A DNA stretch of 64,000 bases from an uncultured Ignavibacteriaceae bacterium. GTDB taxonomy: Bacteria > Bacteroidota > Ignavibacteria > Ignavibacteriales > Ignavibacteriaceae. A model generated the notes under the pieces. That model did not search any database and was not told the origin of the DNA. It was given only the letters and a program-made list of their open reading frames with translations. Both the position numbers and the translations under genes were made by a program. The stretch is taken from NCBI GenBank assembly GCA_964372115.1, contig CAYJPN010000014.1, positions 15,068 through 79,067 on the forward strand, in the 5' to 3' direction. This document shows positions 1-9,270 of the stretch, in pieces (the first letter of the stretch is position 1; every line of letters begins with the position of its first letter).

Positions 1-933
1 ATAAAAGAATTAATCGTTGTGCCAACGGATGATTTCGCTATTACCGATGTTAAAGAAATTAAAAAATATTATTTAAATAAAATAGAGGATTTACCGTCGG
101 AAGAATTTATTTCGGCAACAAAAGTTGCTGTTTATACGCAGTGTCCGGTTAAGTATCAGTTAACGTACGATTTCGGTTTTACAAATATTTTCAGCAATTA
201 TAAAAAATGGAAACAAGCGAATAAAAATATTTCGGTAAAATACGAGTTTAACGCTGCAGAAGATATCAGCCCGAATGAAACGGATAACGATCAGAAAAGT
301 TTTGCCGACGTAAAAGGCAGAATTGTACATAAGGCATTGCAAAAATCAATCGGTTTACCCGCGTTGGATATTTTTGTCGAAACTGCGCTTCATCAAGAAT
401 TAGACTCATTAACGTTTGATAAAAATAAAGCCTTTACTCTGAAGGAAGATATAGTAAAAGATTTGCAAAATTTTCTTTCATCAAAAACTTACAAGAAGTT
501 GAGCGAAGTTAGAGTTAGTTTTAACGAGTACGAAGTATACTTGAAAGAAAACGATTATTATCTGTACGGAATAATTGATAAGCTTATAATCGACGATAAA
601 AAAATAATCATTACAGATTACAAAACCGACGATATTTCACTCATTCAAATACCGGAAAGAGCAGCAAATTATTTAACTCAATTGAAATTTTATTCCTATA
701 TTGTGTGCCGATTATTTGACAATTTTGAAGAATTAATTCTAAAACTGGTTTTTATTAAACATCCCGATGAAATCGTAGAGCAAACTATATTACCGGAGCA
801 AACAAAAACGATTGGTGAAGAGATAAAATCGATGAGTGAAGTTGTGCGTGCCGGTAAGTATATTAAAAATAAAAACCATTGCGGCAATTGTTTATTCACA
901 TTAAATAAAAAAGACTGTATAAAAGAGGTTTAG
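1..933 (+). CDS. C-terminal PD-(D/E)XK nuclease domain with a 4-Cys cluster (AddB/Cas4-like), part of a larger helicase-nuclease; 5' end lies outside the window
   Basis: The frame is open from base 1, with no stop before the listed GTG at 19. GIIDKL...ITDYKTD...QLKFYSY fits D-(D/E)xK-QxxxY. One Cys (YTQCPVKY) plus a C-terminal CGNC-x9-C fits the Fe-S Cys4 layout of AddB/Cas4/Dna2-type nucleases. Confidence 0.6.
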   Translation: MKELIVVPTDDFAITDVKEIKKYYLNKIEDLPSEEFISATKVAVYTQCPVKYQLTYDFGFTNIFSNYKKWKQANKNISVKYEFNAAEDISPNETDNDQKSFADVKGRIVHKALQKSIGLPALDIFVETALHQELDSLTFDKNKAFTLKEDIVKDLQNFLSSKTYKKLSEVRVSFNEYEVYLKENDYYLYGIIDKLIIDDKKIIITDYKTDDISLIQIPERAANYLTQLKFYSYIVCRLFDNFEELILKLVFIKHPDEIVEQTILPEQTKTIGEEIKSMSEVVRAGKYIKNKNHCGNCLFTLNKKDCIKEV

Positions 934-944
934 AAAAAGTCACC

Positions 945-1406
945 ATGCTTAAAGAAATAAAACAAATAAAAGAATTGGATATAATTGAGAAGGAGTTAAG
1001 CTCTTTGAGCGCAGGGCTTCTTGCATTCAGCGCCGAGGATGGCGAAAAAATAATTCACCACCCTTCTACATTTTTATATCACGATAAAAATATATACGTG
1101 TTTATTTTTAACGAGGAAATTTTAGAGAAAATTGTTTTCGGCGCACGCGCAAGTTTTTCTACAATTCGAACCGATAAATTTAGAAAAACAAAAAAGGACG
1201 CGGAACCTAAATACGATTTTTTTTCGGTCAGCGTTAAAGGGGCAATGAAAAATGTCGATGATCAAAAGACATTTGAGGAGGTTAAGAAAAAATATCTCGG
1301 TAAATATTCTTATGACCCGGAAAATGAAGATAACACACTGTTGATGGAAAATTTAATTATAATCGATTCGGAAGAACTTCAAGCAATTGAAGAAAAAGGA
1401 GGATGA
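945..1406 (+). CDS. Hypothetical protein, possibly a pyridoxamine 5'-phosphate oxidase-like split-barrel protein
   Basis: 153-aa ORF packed tightly between its neighbours, overlapping the next gene by 4 nt. The layout (G.L.F...DG...HP..FLY....IYVF ... SVSVKG.M..V.D) resembles PNPOx-like proteins. This is a weak call made by eye. Confidence 0.35.
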   Translation: MLKEIKQIKELDIIEKELSSLSAGLLAFSAEDGEKIIHHPSTFLYHDKNIYVFIFNEEILEKIVFGARASFSTIRTDKFRKTKKDAEPKYDFFSVSVKGAMKNVDDQKTFEEVKKKYLGKYSYDPENEDNTLLMENLIIIDSEELQAIEEKGG

Positions 1407-2434
1407 TTATGCGCCTTTTTATTTTATTTCTAATAGCTTCGCTTTTTATTGCCGGATGCTCTTCCGGTGTATTTTATGAAGTGCCTGTGGAGTTAAAAAA
1501 CAAAGAGATAAAATCAGAATTTATAAAAAAATATTCCCCCTATTTTACGGAGAAAAAAATTTTTATCGACCCCGGGCACGGTGGCGAAGATAAAAGGAGC
1601 GTTAGTGTAAACGGTCTTACAACCGAAGCAGAAATAAATTTGAAAGTAGGATTGGCTCTTAAAAATTATCTGCAGCAAGCCGAGGCAGTAGTTGAAATGT
1701 CGCGTGACAAAGATGCTACAGTTGATCTTAAAGAACGCTCGTATATGGCTAACAGGAGCGGCGCCGACCTTTTTATAAGTATTCATCACAATGCACCGGG
1801 CAGTGATGCCCAGACATCGATAAATTATACTTCCACATACTACCATGCAAAAGAAACCGACTATGAATATGACCCGGGAGAGAGAGACTTAGCGCGTTTT
1901 ATTCAGCGTGATCTGGCATATGCCATGCGCAATTCCGGCGGTCTTGGTTCTTTTGACGGCACTTATTCAGATTATTTTATTTATCCCAAAGCAGGTTTTT
2001 CTGTTTTACGCGTAACCGAAATACCTTCGATTCTCGTAGAGTGCGGCTTTTTTACAAACCCTCACGAAGAGTCGCGTCTTGTTGATGACAAGTTTAATCA
2101 AATTCAGGCGTGGGGTATTTTTAGAGGGTTGGCTCGTTATTTTGCAGCCGGCGCTCCTGTAGTTAAACCGGTTGATGAAAAAACATCTTATCCCGCAGGC
2201 ACTGTTAAATTAAAATATCAGCTTGCCGATTCAATTGGGATAGACTCGTCGAGTATAGTCGTACAATTCGACAGTACTAACGTACCGGAGATAAAGTTTG
2301 ACAAGACAAAAAGTGAATTAACCATATGTCTAAACCCGATTAAAGCCGGTGACTACGAAATAAAAATTATTGCCGCGAATAAAAACGGCGTTCATAATTT
2401 TGCTTATAAGAAAACAATAAAAATAACTAACTAA
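1403..2434 (+). CDS. N-acetylmuramoyl-L-alanine amidase (Amidase_3 family) lipoprotein
   Basis: Lipobox LFIAGCSS. IFIDPGHGGED, NLKVGLALKNYL, ERSYMANRSGADLFISIHHNA and VECGFFTNPHEE are the classical zinc-amidase motifs. Confidence 0.85.
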   Translation: MIMRLFILFLIASLFIAGCSSGVFYEVPVELKNKEIKSEFIKKYSPYFTEKKIFIDPGHGGEDKRSVSVNGLTTEAEINLKVGLALKNYLQQAEAVVEMSRDKDATVDLKERSYMANRSGADLFISIHHNAPGSDAQTSINYTSTYYHAKETDYEYDPGERDLARFIQRDLAYAMRNSGGLGSFDGTYSDYFIYPKAGFSVLRVTEIPSILVECGFFTNPHEESRLVDDKFNQIQAWGIFRGLARYFAAGAPVVKPVDEKTSYPAGTVKLKYQLADSIGIDSSSIVVQFDSTNVPEIKFDKTKSELTICLNPIKAGDYEIKIIAANKNGVHNFAYKKTIKITN

Positions 2435-2450
2435 ACATAGAGGCATTTTA

Positions 2451-4082
2451 GTGCTTAATTATGTATGGCTTGCTCTGCTTGTGCTTGGCATTGGTGCCGC
2501 GGTTACAACCGATATTATAAACCAAAGCGATAACAAGTACCGGAATAACGAACCTATCCCGGTAACTATCCAATTTGAAACTCCGTATCAAAAAAACATT
2601 GGCGCTTCTTATTCAACAAAAATAAAAATAAATAAAGCCGACTTTGAAAATATTTATTCGGAAAAAGTTAGCGATGAATTTGATTTCCCGGCAAAAATTT
2701 CAGTGAATGTAAAAGACAATAAAAGAACTTTATTTTTTAATACGGATGATAAAAGTCCTGCGATTTGGAAAGAGATTGCCAGTGCAAGCGGTAAAAAGGA
2801 TGACGTTACAGGCAAAGTCAGGTTTACAAAATTTTTTGGCGATACACTTGCACAGGGGACTATAATACTTGAAGATGTTTCTTTTCTAAAATTAAAAGAT
2901 GTAACAAACTCTGCTCTCGATTACGCCACCATTGCCGTAAATATTGCGCTCGGTTTAATAGGCATAATGGCTCTGTGGTTAGGTGTTATGAAAGTTGCGG
3001 AGACAGCCGGACTGATTGCGATTATTGCAAGTTGGTTAAAACCAATCACAAAAAAACTTTTCCCGGATGTCCCGTCAGATCACCCTGCAATGGGGTCGAT
3101 GATTATGAACATCTCGGCAAATATGCTGGGACTCGGCAATGCTGCCACTCCATTCGGATTAAAAGCAATGGAAGAATTGGATAAGTTAAACCCTAACAAA
3201 GGCACTGCTACAAATTCGATGGTAACTTTTCTTGCAATCAATACTGCAGGGATGACGCTTATACCTGCAACTGCAATTGCAATACGCGCTGCTGCGGGGA
3301 GCTCCGATCCCGCAATTATAATCGGCACATCCATCTTCGGTGCTTTCTGCGCAACTGTAACGGGTCTTACTGCCGCAAAAGTTTTAGAAAAATTCCCGAT
3401 TAAAAAAGGTGAATTCGGCGCCTGGTTAAAAAGTAACTTAAAAGGTTTTGTTGTTTTCATCGGACTCGTACTTGCTGCGGCATTAGTAATTGTTACCGGA
3501 CTTGGAAAAGTTTTTGGATCTGTTTTCAGTTTTCTTAATCCCGAATTATTTAAGTCGGTAATTCAGTTCTTCTCAATAATTGCCATTCCGTTTTTGATAA
3601 TTGTTTTTATAGGTTACGGAGCCATAAAAAAAGTTAGAGTTTACGAAACTTTTGTTGATGGTGCCAAAGAAGGATTTAATATCGCTATAAGAATTATCCC
3701 CTATCTTGTTGCAATGCTTGTCGCCATCGGTATTTTCCGTGCCGGCGGGGCAATGGAATGGCTGATATATATTCTTCGTCCCTTTACAAATTTAATCGGG
3801 ATGCCGCCTGAGGTACTGCCGATGGCTTTGATGCGTCCACTTTCAGGCAGCGGCTCGCTTGGGATAATGGCTGAAACAATGGCAGTTCACGGCCCCGATT
3901 CGTTCATCGGTATTTTGGTTTCAACATTTTTCGGAAGTACTGAAACAACATTTTACGTGCTTGCGGTTTACTTTGGCGCAGTAAATATTAAAAACACACG
4001 CCACGCTCTGCCGGTTGGTTTAATTGCAGATGTTGCGGGTGTACTTGGTGCAGTCTTTATTGTCAGGTTATTATTCGGTTAA
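2451..4082 (+). CDS. Nucleoside-recognition (Gate) domain membrane protein, SpmA/SpmB-like fusion
   Basis: GTG start preceded by AGAGG. 543 aa and polytopic. It carries two Gate-like halves (NISANMLGLGNAATPFGLKAM and MRPLSGSGSLGIM...FGSTETTFYV) plus a large loop after TM1. Confidence 0.7.
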   Translation: MLNYVWLALLVLGIGAAVTTDIINQSDNKYRNNEPIPVTIQFETPYQKNIGASYSTKIKINKADFENIYSEKVSDEFDFPAKISVNVKDNKRTLFFNTDDKSPAIWKEIASASGKKDDVTGKVRFTKFFGDTLAQGTIILEDVSFLKLKDVTNSALDYATIAVNIALGLIGIMALWLGVMKVAETAGLIAIIASWLKPITKKLFPDVPSDHPAMGSMIMNISANMLGLGNAATPFGLKAMEELDKLNPNKGTATNSMVTFLAINTAGMTLIPATAIAIRAAAGSSDPAIIIGTSIFGAFCATVTGLTAAKVLEKFPIKKGEFGAWLKSNLKGFVVFIGLVLAAALVIVTGLGKVFGSVFSFLNPELFKSVIQFFSIIAIPFLIIVFIGYGAIKKVRVYETFVDGAKEGFNIAIRIIPYLVAMLVAIGIFRAGGAMEWLIYILRPFTNLIGMPPEVLPMALMRPLSGSGSLGIMAETMAVHGPDSFIGILVSTFFGSTETTFYVLAVYFGAVNIKNTRHALPVGLIADVAGVLGAVFIVRLLFG

Positions 4083-4083
4083 C

Positions 4084-5037
4084 ATGAAAATATTTATAAC
4101 ACGCTCCATTCCGCATGAAGGAATAGACTTATTGAGGAGACAAGGTTACAGCGTTTCTGTTTACAAAGAAGATAAACCAATTACGCGCGATGAATTGATA
4201 AAAAAAGCAAAACACGCGGATGGTATAATTTCACTTCTGACTGATAAGATTGACAAAAGAGTAATCGACTCTTTAAAAAACTGTAAAGTAATAGCCAATT
4301 ACGCCGTTGGTTTTAATAATGTTGATTGTAAATACGCTGCCGAAAAAGGAATAAAAGTTACAAACACTCCCGATGTACTTACGGCATCCACAGCAGACCT
4401 TACTTTAGCTTTAACCCTTGCCTGCTCGCGCCGAATTGTAGAATCGGAAAAATATATGCGTGCAGGTAAGTTCGTTGGTTGGAAACCAAAACTTTTTCTT
4501 GGTGTTGAGTTGTCGGGGAAAAATTTCGGAATACTTGGGGCAGGCAGAATTGGTGAAGCCACGGCGATGCGCGCCAAAGCATTCGGTACAAATATTTTAT
4601 ATTACAGCCGATCACAAAATGAGAGGCTTGAAAAGTTAACCGGGGCAAAAAAAGTTTCACTCGACAAATTATTAAAAGCATCGGACATCGTTTCACTTCA
4701 CCTTCCGTTAAATGAGAACACATTTCAAATTCTCAATAAAGAAAAATTATCACTGCTCAAAAAATCAGCGATGCTGATTAATACAGCCCGCGGCGAACTT
4801 GTTGATGAAAAACATTTGATAAAAATGTTAAAATTCAAAAAACTATTTGCCGCAGGTTTTGATGTTTATGAAGGCGAACCAAATATAAACCCCGAACTAT
4901 TTAAACTTGAAAATGTTTTGTTACTGCCTCACATCGGCAGCGCAACAGAAGAAGCGCGTGGAAAAATGAGTCTGCTTGCGGCGCAAAATGTAATTGCTGT
5001 TTTATCGGGCAAAAAGGCACTTACGCCGGTTAATTGA
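4084..5037 (+). CDS. D-isomer-specific 2-hydroxyacid dehydrogenase (glyoxylate/hydroxypyruvate reductase-like)
   Basis: MKIFITRSIP start, GILGAGRIGEA NAD-binding fold, NTARGELVDE and LPHIGSAT catalytic-region motifs. The ATG at 4084 is preferred because the longer track ORF from 4024 overlaps the previous gene. Confidence 0.85.
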   Translation: MKIFITRSIPHEGIDLLRRQGYSVSVYKEDKPITRDELIKKAKHADGIISLLTDKIDKRVIDSLKNCKVIANYAVGFNNVDCKYAAEKGIKVTNTPDVLTASTADLTLALTLACSRRIVESEKYMRAGKFVGWKPKLFLGVELSGKNFGILGAGRIGEATAMRAKAFGTNILYYSRSQNERLEKLTGAKKVSLDKLLKASDIVSLHLPLNENTFQILNKEKLSLLKKSAMLINTARGELVDEKHLIKMLKFKKLFAAGFDVYEGEPNINPELFKLENVLLLPHIGSATEEARGKMSLLAAQNVIAVLSGKKALTPVN

Positions 5038-5323
5038 TAAAAATTATTTCTTTTATATTCCTGATTTCCTCAATCATTCATTTCCCTAAAACTGCATTTT
5101 TATTATTCCATATTATATTCATACTATCGAATCTTTTGGTTATTAGGTAAAAATAATGAGGGTGGAATTTACAGTTTGATTATTAAATTTGTTGACACCA
5201 AAACCGGCATACATATTTTGAACAACGCTCATTTGGACTACTCCACTAAAATCAAAAATAATCCGGTTGAAAATCACCTAATTAATCGATACTTTTTGAG
5301 TAGTAAATAAAGGTTTAATGCAC

Positions 5324-6445
5324 ATGAGAATTGGAATACCAACAGAAACAACGCATGAAGAAAAAAGAGTCGGTTTGGCTCCAGCCGGAGTTGACGCTCT
5401 AATACGAGCCGGTCACACAGTATATATCCAAAGCGGTGCCGGTGTCGGCAGCCACTTTAGCGATGAGGATTATAATAAAACCGGCGCAAACATTGTTTAC
5501 AATGCCGAGGAAGTTTTCCTACGTTCAGAAATGGTAGTAAAGGTTGCCCCGCTTTCCGAAGCTGAATCGGAACTTCTCCAGGAAAATCAAACGTTTTTTT
5601 CATTTCTTCATCTTGCCGTGGGGAAAAAAAATATTATTGAATCTCTTCTTAAAAAAAATGTTACGGCAATTGGTTATGAGCTAATAGAAACCGATTACGG
5701 TCTCCCTGTTCTTCAATCGATGAGTGAGATTGCCGGACAACTCGCAATTCAAGCATCAGAAAGATTTCTCGAATCTAATTCGCACGGAGGCAGAGGTGTT
5801 TTACTCGGCGGCATTACAGGTGTTGCACCAGCAGCGGTTGTAATTCTCGGAGCCGGTGTGGTTGGCACAACAGCGGCGAAAGCTGCCCTCGGAAGGGGCG
5901 CTCAGGTAATTGTTCTCGATAAAGATTTAAACAGGTTAAGAGCAATCGACAATACATTCCGCCAAAAAGTTACCACAGTAGTTGCTAACCCTTACACAAT
6001 CTCACGCGGTGTAAAATTTGCTGATGTACTAATTGGCGCGGTACTTATTAAAGCTATAAAAGCGCCAAACCTTGTTACAGAGGAAATGGTAAAAACGATG
6101 AAAAAAGGCGCTGTAATAGTTGATGCCTCTATAGACCAGGGAGGATGTATAGAAACCAGCCGGATAACGACAATCTCCGACCCTGTTTATACTTTGCACG
6201 ATGTTATTCATTACTGCGTGCCTAATATGCCCGCACTTGTTGCGCGAACCGCAAGTTACGGACTAAATAATGCCGCACTAAGCTATATTCAAAATATTGC
6301 CGATAACGGAGTAGGTAATGCTCTTATCGGTGACGAAGGACTTGCACGAGGTGTTTGCAGTTATTCCGGTTACTGCTCAAATGAAGCAATAGCCAATACC
6401 TTTGATTTGGAATACAGAAGATTAAGAATTTTCTCGACCAACTAA
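5324..6445 (+). CDS. ald: Alanine dehydrogenase
   Basis: MRIGIPTE..EKRVGLAPAGV N-terminus, VILGAGVVGTTAA Rossmann motif, about 373 aa, typical AlaDH/PNT architecture. The start could also be the ATG at 5318. Confidence 0.8.
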   Translation: MRIGIPTETTHEEKRVGLAPAGVDALIRAGHTVYIQSGAGVGSHFSDEDYNKTGANIVYNAEEVFLRSEMVVKVAPLSEAESELLQENQTFFSFLHLAVGKKNIIESLLKKNVTAIGYELIETDYGLPVLQSMSEIAGQLAIQASERFLESNSHGGRGVLLGGITGVAPAAVVILGAGVVGTTAAKAALGRGAQVIVLDKDLNRLRAIDNTFRQKVTTVVANPYTISRGVKFADVLIGAVLIKAIKAPNLVTEEMVKTMKKGAVIVDASIDQGGCIETSRITTISDPVYTLHDVIHYCVPNMPALVARTASYGLNNAALSYIQNIADNGVGNALIGDEGLARGVCSYSGYCSNEAIANTFDLEYRRLRIFSTN

Positions 6446-6498
6446 AATTTATTTATTAACGAAGGCTCAATTGAGTACCTCAACAAAAAAGTGATAAT

Positions 6499-7851
6499 AT
6501 GACAAGTGTAGAAGAAATAAAAAAAGCTCAAGTGCCCACTCATCTTATAAGACTTTATAGTCAAAAGGTAGTCTCTGCCGAAGAAGCAGCGAAAGCAGTA
6601 AAATCGGGCGACAAAATTTTATGTCATTCCAACTGCGCGTTTCCACACGTGCTTATGAACGCAATTGTAGAACGAAAAGATGAACTAAAAAATATTCAAA
6701 TTATTCACGCGCTCGCAGTTGGGGACGTATCTTATCTAAATCCCGGAATGGAAGATTCATTCCGGCACAATGCCCTTTTTATAGGCGCAAATGCCCGACA
6801 GGCAGTTCGCGATGGGAGAGCTGATTTTACTCCGATTTTCCTCTACGAAACTCCCCTGCTCTTTTCAAAAGGATTCATAAACCTCGACGTTGCTTTGATC
6901 CACGTTTCCCCGCCGGACGAACACGGATTTTGTAGTTTGGGAGTTGAAGTTGGACTGACAAAAACAGGCGCGGAAAAAGCCAAAATAATTATTGCGCAGG
7001 TTAATCCGCAAATGCCGCGTTCTCTTGGTGATAGTTTTATCCACATAAATAAAATAAATTATATTGTTGAAGTGGATTTGCCGATTGTTGAACTGCCCCA
7101 GGGAGACAGAAATGCAAGTCCGGAAGTAGTGGAAATAAATAAAAAAATTGCGTGGAACATTTCAAACCTAATTGAGGATGGCTCTACACTCCAAATGGGT
7201 ATTGGCGCCATCCCGGATTTTGTTCTTGGTTATCTTGAAGACAGAAAAGCAATCGGTATTCATTCAGAGATGTTTTCTGATGGCGCAGTTAATCTTGTAG
7301 AAAAAGGTGTAATTACAAACGAGATGAAAACTCTTCATCCCGGTAAAATTATTGCAGGTTTTGTGCTGGGAACAAAACGCCTATACGATTTTATTGACAA
7401 TAATCCGCTGTGCGAATTTCATCGGCAGGAATATGTAAACGATCCTTTTGTTATTGCAAAAAACAATAAAATGGTTGCAATAAATTCTGCAATAGAAGTT
7501 GATTTAACCGGGCAGGTTTGTTCCGATTCAATCGGCACAAAATTTTTCAGTGGATTCGGCGGGCAGGTAGACTTTATCCGGGGCGCTTCCCGTTCCGAAG
7601 GCGGTAAACCGATTATTGCTCTTCCTTCTACCACAAAAGATTTTAATGTGTCGCGCATTACCACCCAACTGAAACCCGGCGCCGGCGTGGTTACTTCCCG
7701 CGGGGATGTACATTATGTAGTAACTGAATATGGTGTAGCCCAGTTGTTTGGCAAAACAGTAAGAGAAAGAGTTAAGGAGTTAATTGGTATTGCTCATCCT
7801 AAGTTTAAAGACGAATTGGAAAAGTACGCAAAAGAAAACAAGTTTATTTAG
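6499..7851 (+). CDS. Acetyl-CoA hydrolase/transferase family protein (4-hydroxybutyrate CoA-transferase-like)
   Basis: 450 aa. LQMGIGAIPD, INSAIEVDLTGQV and GFGGQVDF match the family signature region. Confidence 0.8.
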   Translation: MTSVEEIKKAQVPTHLIRLYSQKVVSAEEAAKAVKSGDKILCHSNCAFPHVLMNAIVERKDELKNIQIIHALAVGDVSYLNPGMEDSFRHNALFIGANARQAVRDGRADFTPIFLYETPLLFSKGFINLDVALIHVSPPDEHGFCSLGVEVGLTKTGAEKAKIIIAQVNPQMPRSLGDSFIHINKINYIVEVDLPIVELPQGDRNASPEVVEINKKIAWNISNLIEDGSTLQMGIGAIPDFVLGYLEDRKAIGIHSEMFSDGAVNLVEKGVITNEMKTLHPGKIIAGFVLGTKRLYDFIDNNPLCEFHRQEYVNDPFVIAKNNKMVAINSAIEVDLTGQVCSDSIGTKFFSGFGGQVDFIRGASRSEGGKPIIALPSTTKDFNVSRITTQLKPGAGVVTSRGDVHYVVTEYGVAQLFGKTVRERVKELIGIAHPKFKDELEKYAKENKFI

Positions 7852-7854
7852 TGA

Positions 7855-8544
7855 ATGGTTGCGGTAATAGGCGACATACATGGCTGTTTTTATTCTCTAC
7901 AGGAAATTGTAAGACGAATAAAAAAAAGTTATGCGGATATCCAGATATATTGTGTTGGTGATTTAGTTGATAGAGGCAATTTCAGCTATGAAGTTGTTGA
8001 GTTTGTAAAAAATGAAAATATCATATTTACCCCCGGAAATCACGATTTGATGTTTTACTATTTTGTAAAAAAACCACACACTGAAATGGCAAACTCGTGG
8101 CTTTATAACGGTTACGAACAAACAATGGCATCCTACGAGGAGCATTTTGAAGAACTAAAAAAACATATTATTTTTTTATCGAGTGCTTCTCTTTTTATTA
8201 ATCTTCCCGATTGTTTTATTTCACACGCCGGCGTCTCGGTTAATTACAAAAAGCAGCTTGGCAATAATCCTCTAAACGATATTGAAAAATTTGAAGAAAT
8301 AATTACACGCGATGTTACAAGCACTCATTCAATTATATGGACAAGAGACGAGTTGATGAATCTTGGGAAACTTCAAATTGTCGGTCACACGCGCCAATCG
8401 GAAATAAAGTTCAATGAAAAAAGTAACGCTCTTTATATTGATACTTCAATTTATACCGGCAACAAATTAAGCGCTGCAATTGTTGAGAATAATAACGTTA
8501 TTGATAAAATAGCAGTGCCGGCTGATAAAAGAGATATTGAATGA
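7855..8544 (+). CDS. Metallophosphoesterase (Ser/Thr phosphatase / ApaH-like)
   Basis: GDIHGC, GDLVDRG, GNHD and GH motifs appear in canonical order. Confidence 0.8.
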   Translation: MVAVIGDIHGCFYSLQEIVRRIKKSYADIQIYCVGDLVDRGNFSYEVVEFVKNENIIFTPGNHDLMFYYFVKKPHTEMANSWLYNGYEQTMASYEEHFEELKKHIIFLSSASLFINLPDCFISHAGVSVNYKKQLGNNPLNDIEKFEEIITRDVTSTHSIIWTRDELMNLGKLQIVGHTRQSEIKFNEKSNALYIDTSIYTGNKLSAAIVENNNVIDKIAVPADKRDIE

Positions 8545-8688
8545 ATTTTTCACTATGCTGTTAAAAGTGGCAGATATCTCTCAAATTTTCCAAACCGAAT
8601 TATTGACCACACTTATGGGTTTATTTGAGGATATACTCAAAAATATTTTTATCATCGATAAAAAAATGTTTTTGGTTTTGTAAAAGGC

Positions 8689-8717
8689 TTGACAAATTTG
8701 GTTAATGTCACTAAGTT
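8689..8717 (+). promoter_or_regulatory. Sigma-70-type promoter for tRNA-Asn
   Basis: TTGACA (8689-8694), 17-nt spacer, TAAGTT (8712-8717), about 22 nt upstream of the tRNA 5' end. Confidence 0.5.
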
Positions 8718-8739
8718 TACCACTCAATTTTGAAACTAT

Positions 8740-8811
8740 TCCGCGATAGCTCAATGGTGGAGCATTCGGCTGTTAACCGAAGGGTTGCAAGTTCGAGTCT
8801 TGCTCGCGGAG
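8740..8811 (+). tRNA. tRNA-Asn: tRNA-Asn (anticodon GTT)
   Basis: A full cloverleaf can be drawn. Acceptor TCCGCGA/TCGCGGA, D stem GCTC/GAGC, anticodon stem TTCGG/CCGAA with loop CTGTTAA, T stem GCAAG/CTTGC with loop TTCGAGT, discriminator G. CCA is not encoded. Confidence 0.93.
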
Positions 8812-8820
8812 CAATAAAAA

Positions 8821-8850
8821 CCCCGACAAAAGTTGGGGTTTTTTGTTTTT
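8821..8850 (+). terminator. Rho-independent terminator after the tRNA
   Basis: CCCCGAC-AAAA-GTTGGGG hairpin followed by TTTTTTGTTTTTT. Confidence 0.8.
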
Positions 8851-8856
8851 TGGAAA

Positions 8857-8912
8857 AGCTCAATTGTGGAGTCCGTTAACCAACAGATTAACCGAAGGGT
8901 TGCAAGTTCGAG
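8857..8912 (+). pseudogene. Degenerate tRNA-Asn fragment (D-arm plus anticodon 3' half to T-loop)
   Basis: AGCTCAATtGTGGAG matches 8748-8762. The 25-mer TTAACCGAAGGGTTGCAAGTTCGAG (8888-8912) is identical to 8773-8797. The acceptor stem, the 5' anticodon stem and the 3' T-stem are missing. Confidence 0.7.
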
Positions 8913-9270
8913 CCGATAACTCTGTGTTAGCCAACGGAAGCATTGCACACTGAGCAAAAACCGATTGTGTTAATACAAAGTACCGTTGTTAATTTTATTT
9001 TATTCAATTCCTTCTGCTTTTTACATCCGCAAAATTTTATTCTTTCGGGATAGCTGCATTCCGTAAGAGTTAACCAGCTTGGAAATGTGCTATTGAAAAT
9101 GCAAGTGCCCCGTTAAGCTGGTTGGAGTTTGCCCGCCATTTTATTGGCGGGGCTTAGTCCATCCATAGACTCCGTTTCTTTGCGGGGACACCGGATTACG
9201 CCCTTCATGAATTCTTTTAACTTTATGCGCATTTTTTTTATAATTGATGGTATCTGTAATATTCAAATAG

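Noticed and set aside
4024-4083. Upstream extensions of several track ORFs (4024, 16217, 21774 TTG, 24744 TTG, 36906 TTG, 37814 TTG, 39394)
   Set aside because: The extensions overlap the preceding gene or lack an RBS. Internal ATGs with an RBS and a canonical N-terminus or signal peptide were preferred.
8857-8912. Reading the tRNA fragment as a canonical attL/attR duplication of an integrated island
   Set aside because: Integrase-generated repeats normally include the tRNA 3' end. Here homology stops in the T-loop, the copies are only about 115 nt apart, and no integrase is nearby. I therefore report it only as a recombination scar.
8751-8957. 68-aa minus-strand ORF over the tRNA region, and the many 60-110 aa ORFs nested antisense within large genes
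   Set aside because: They overlap a structurally validated tRNA or well-supported long CDSs and have no independent motif support.
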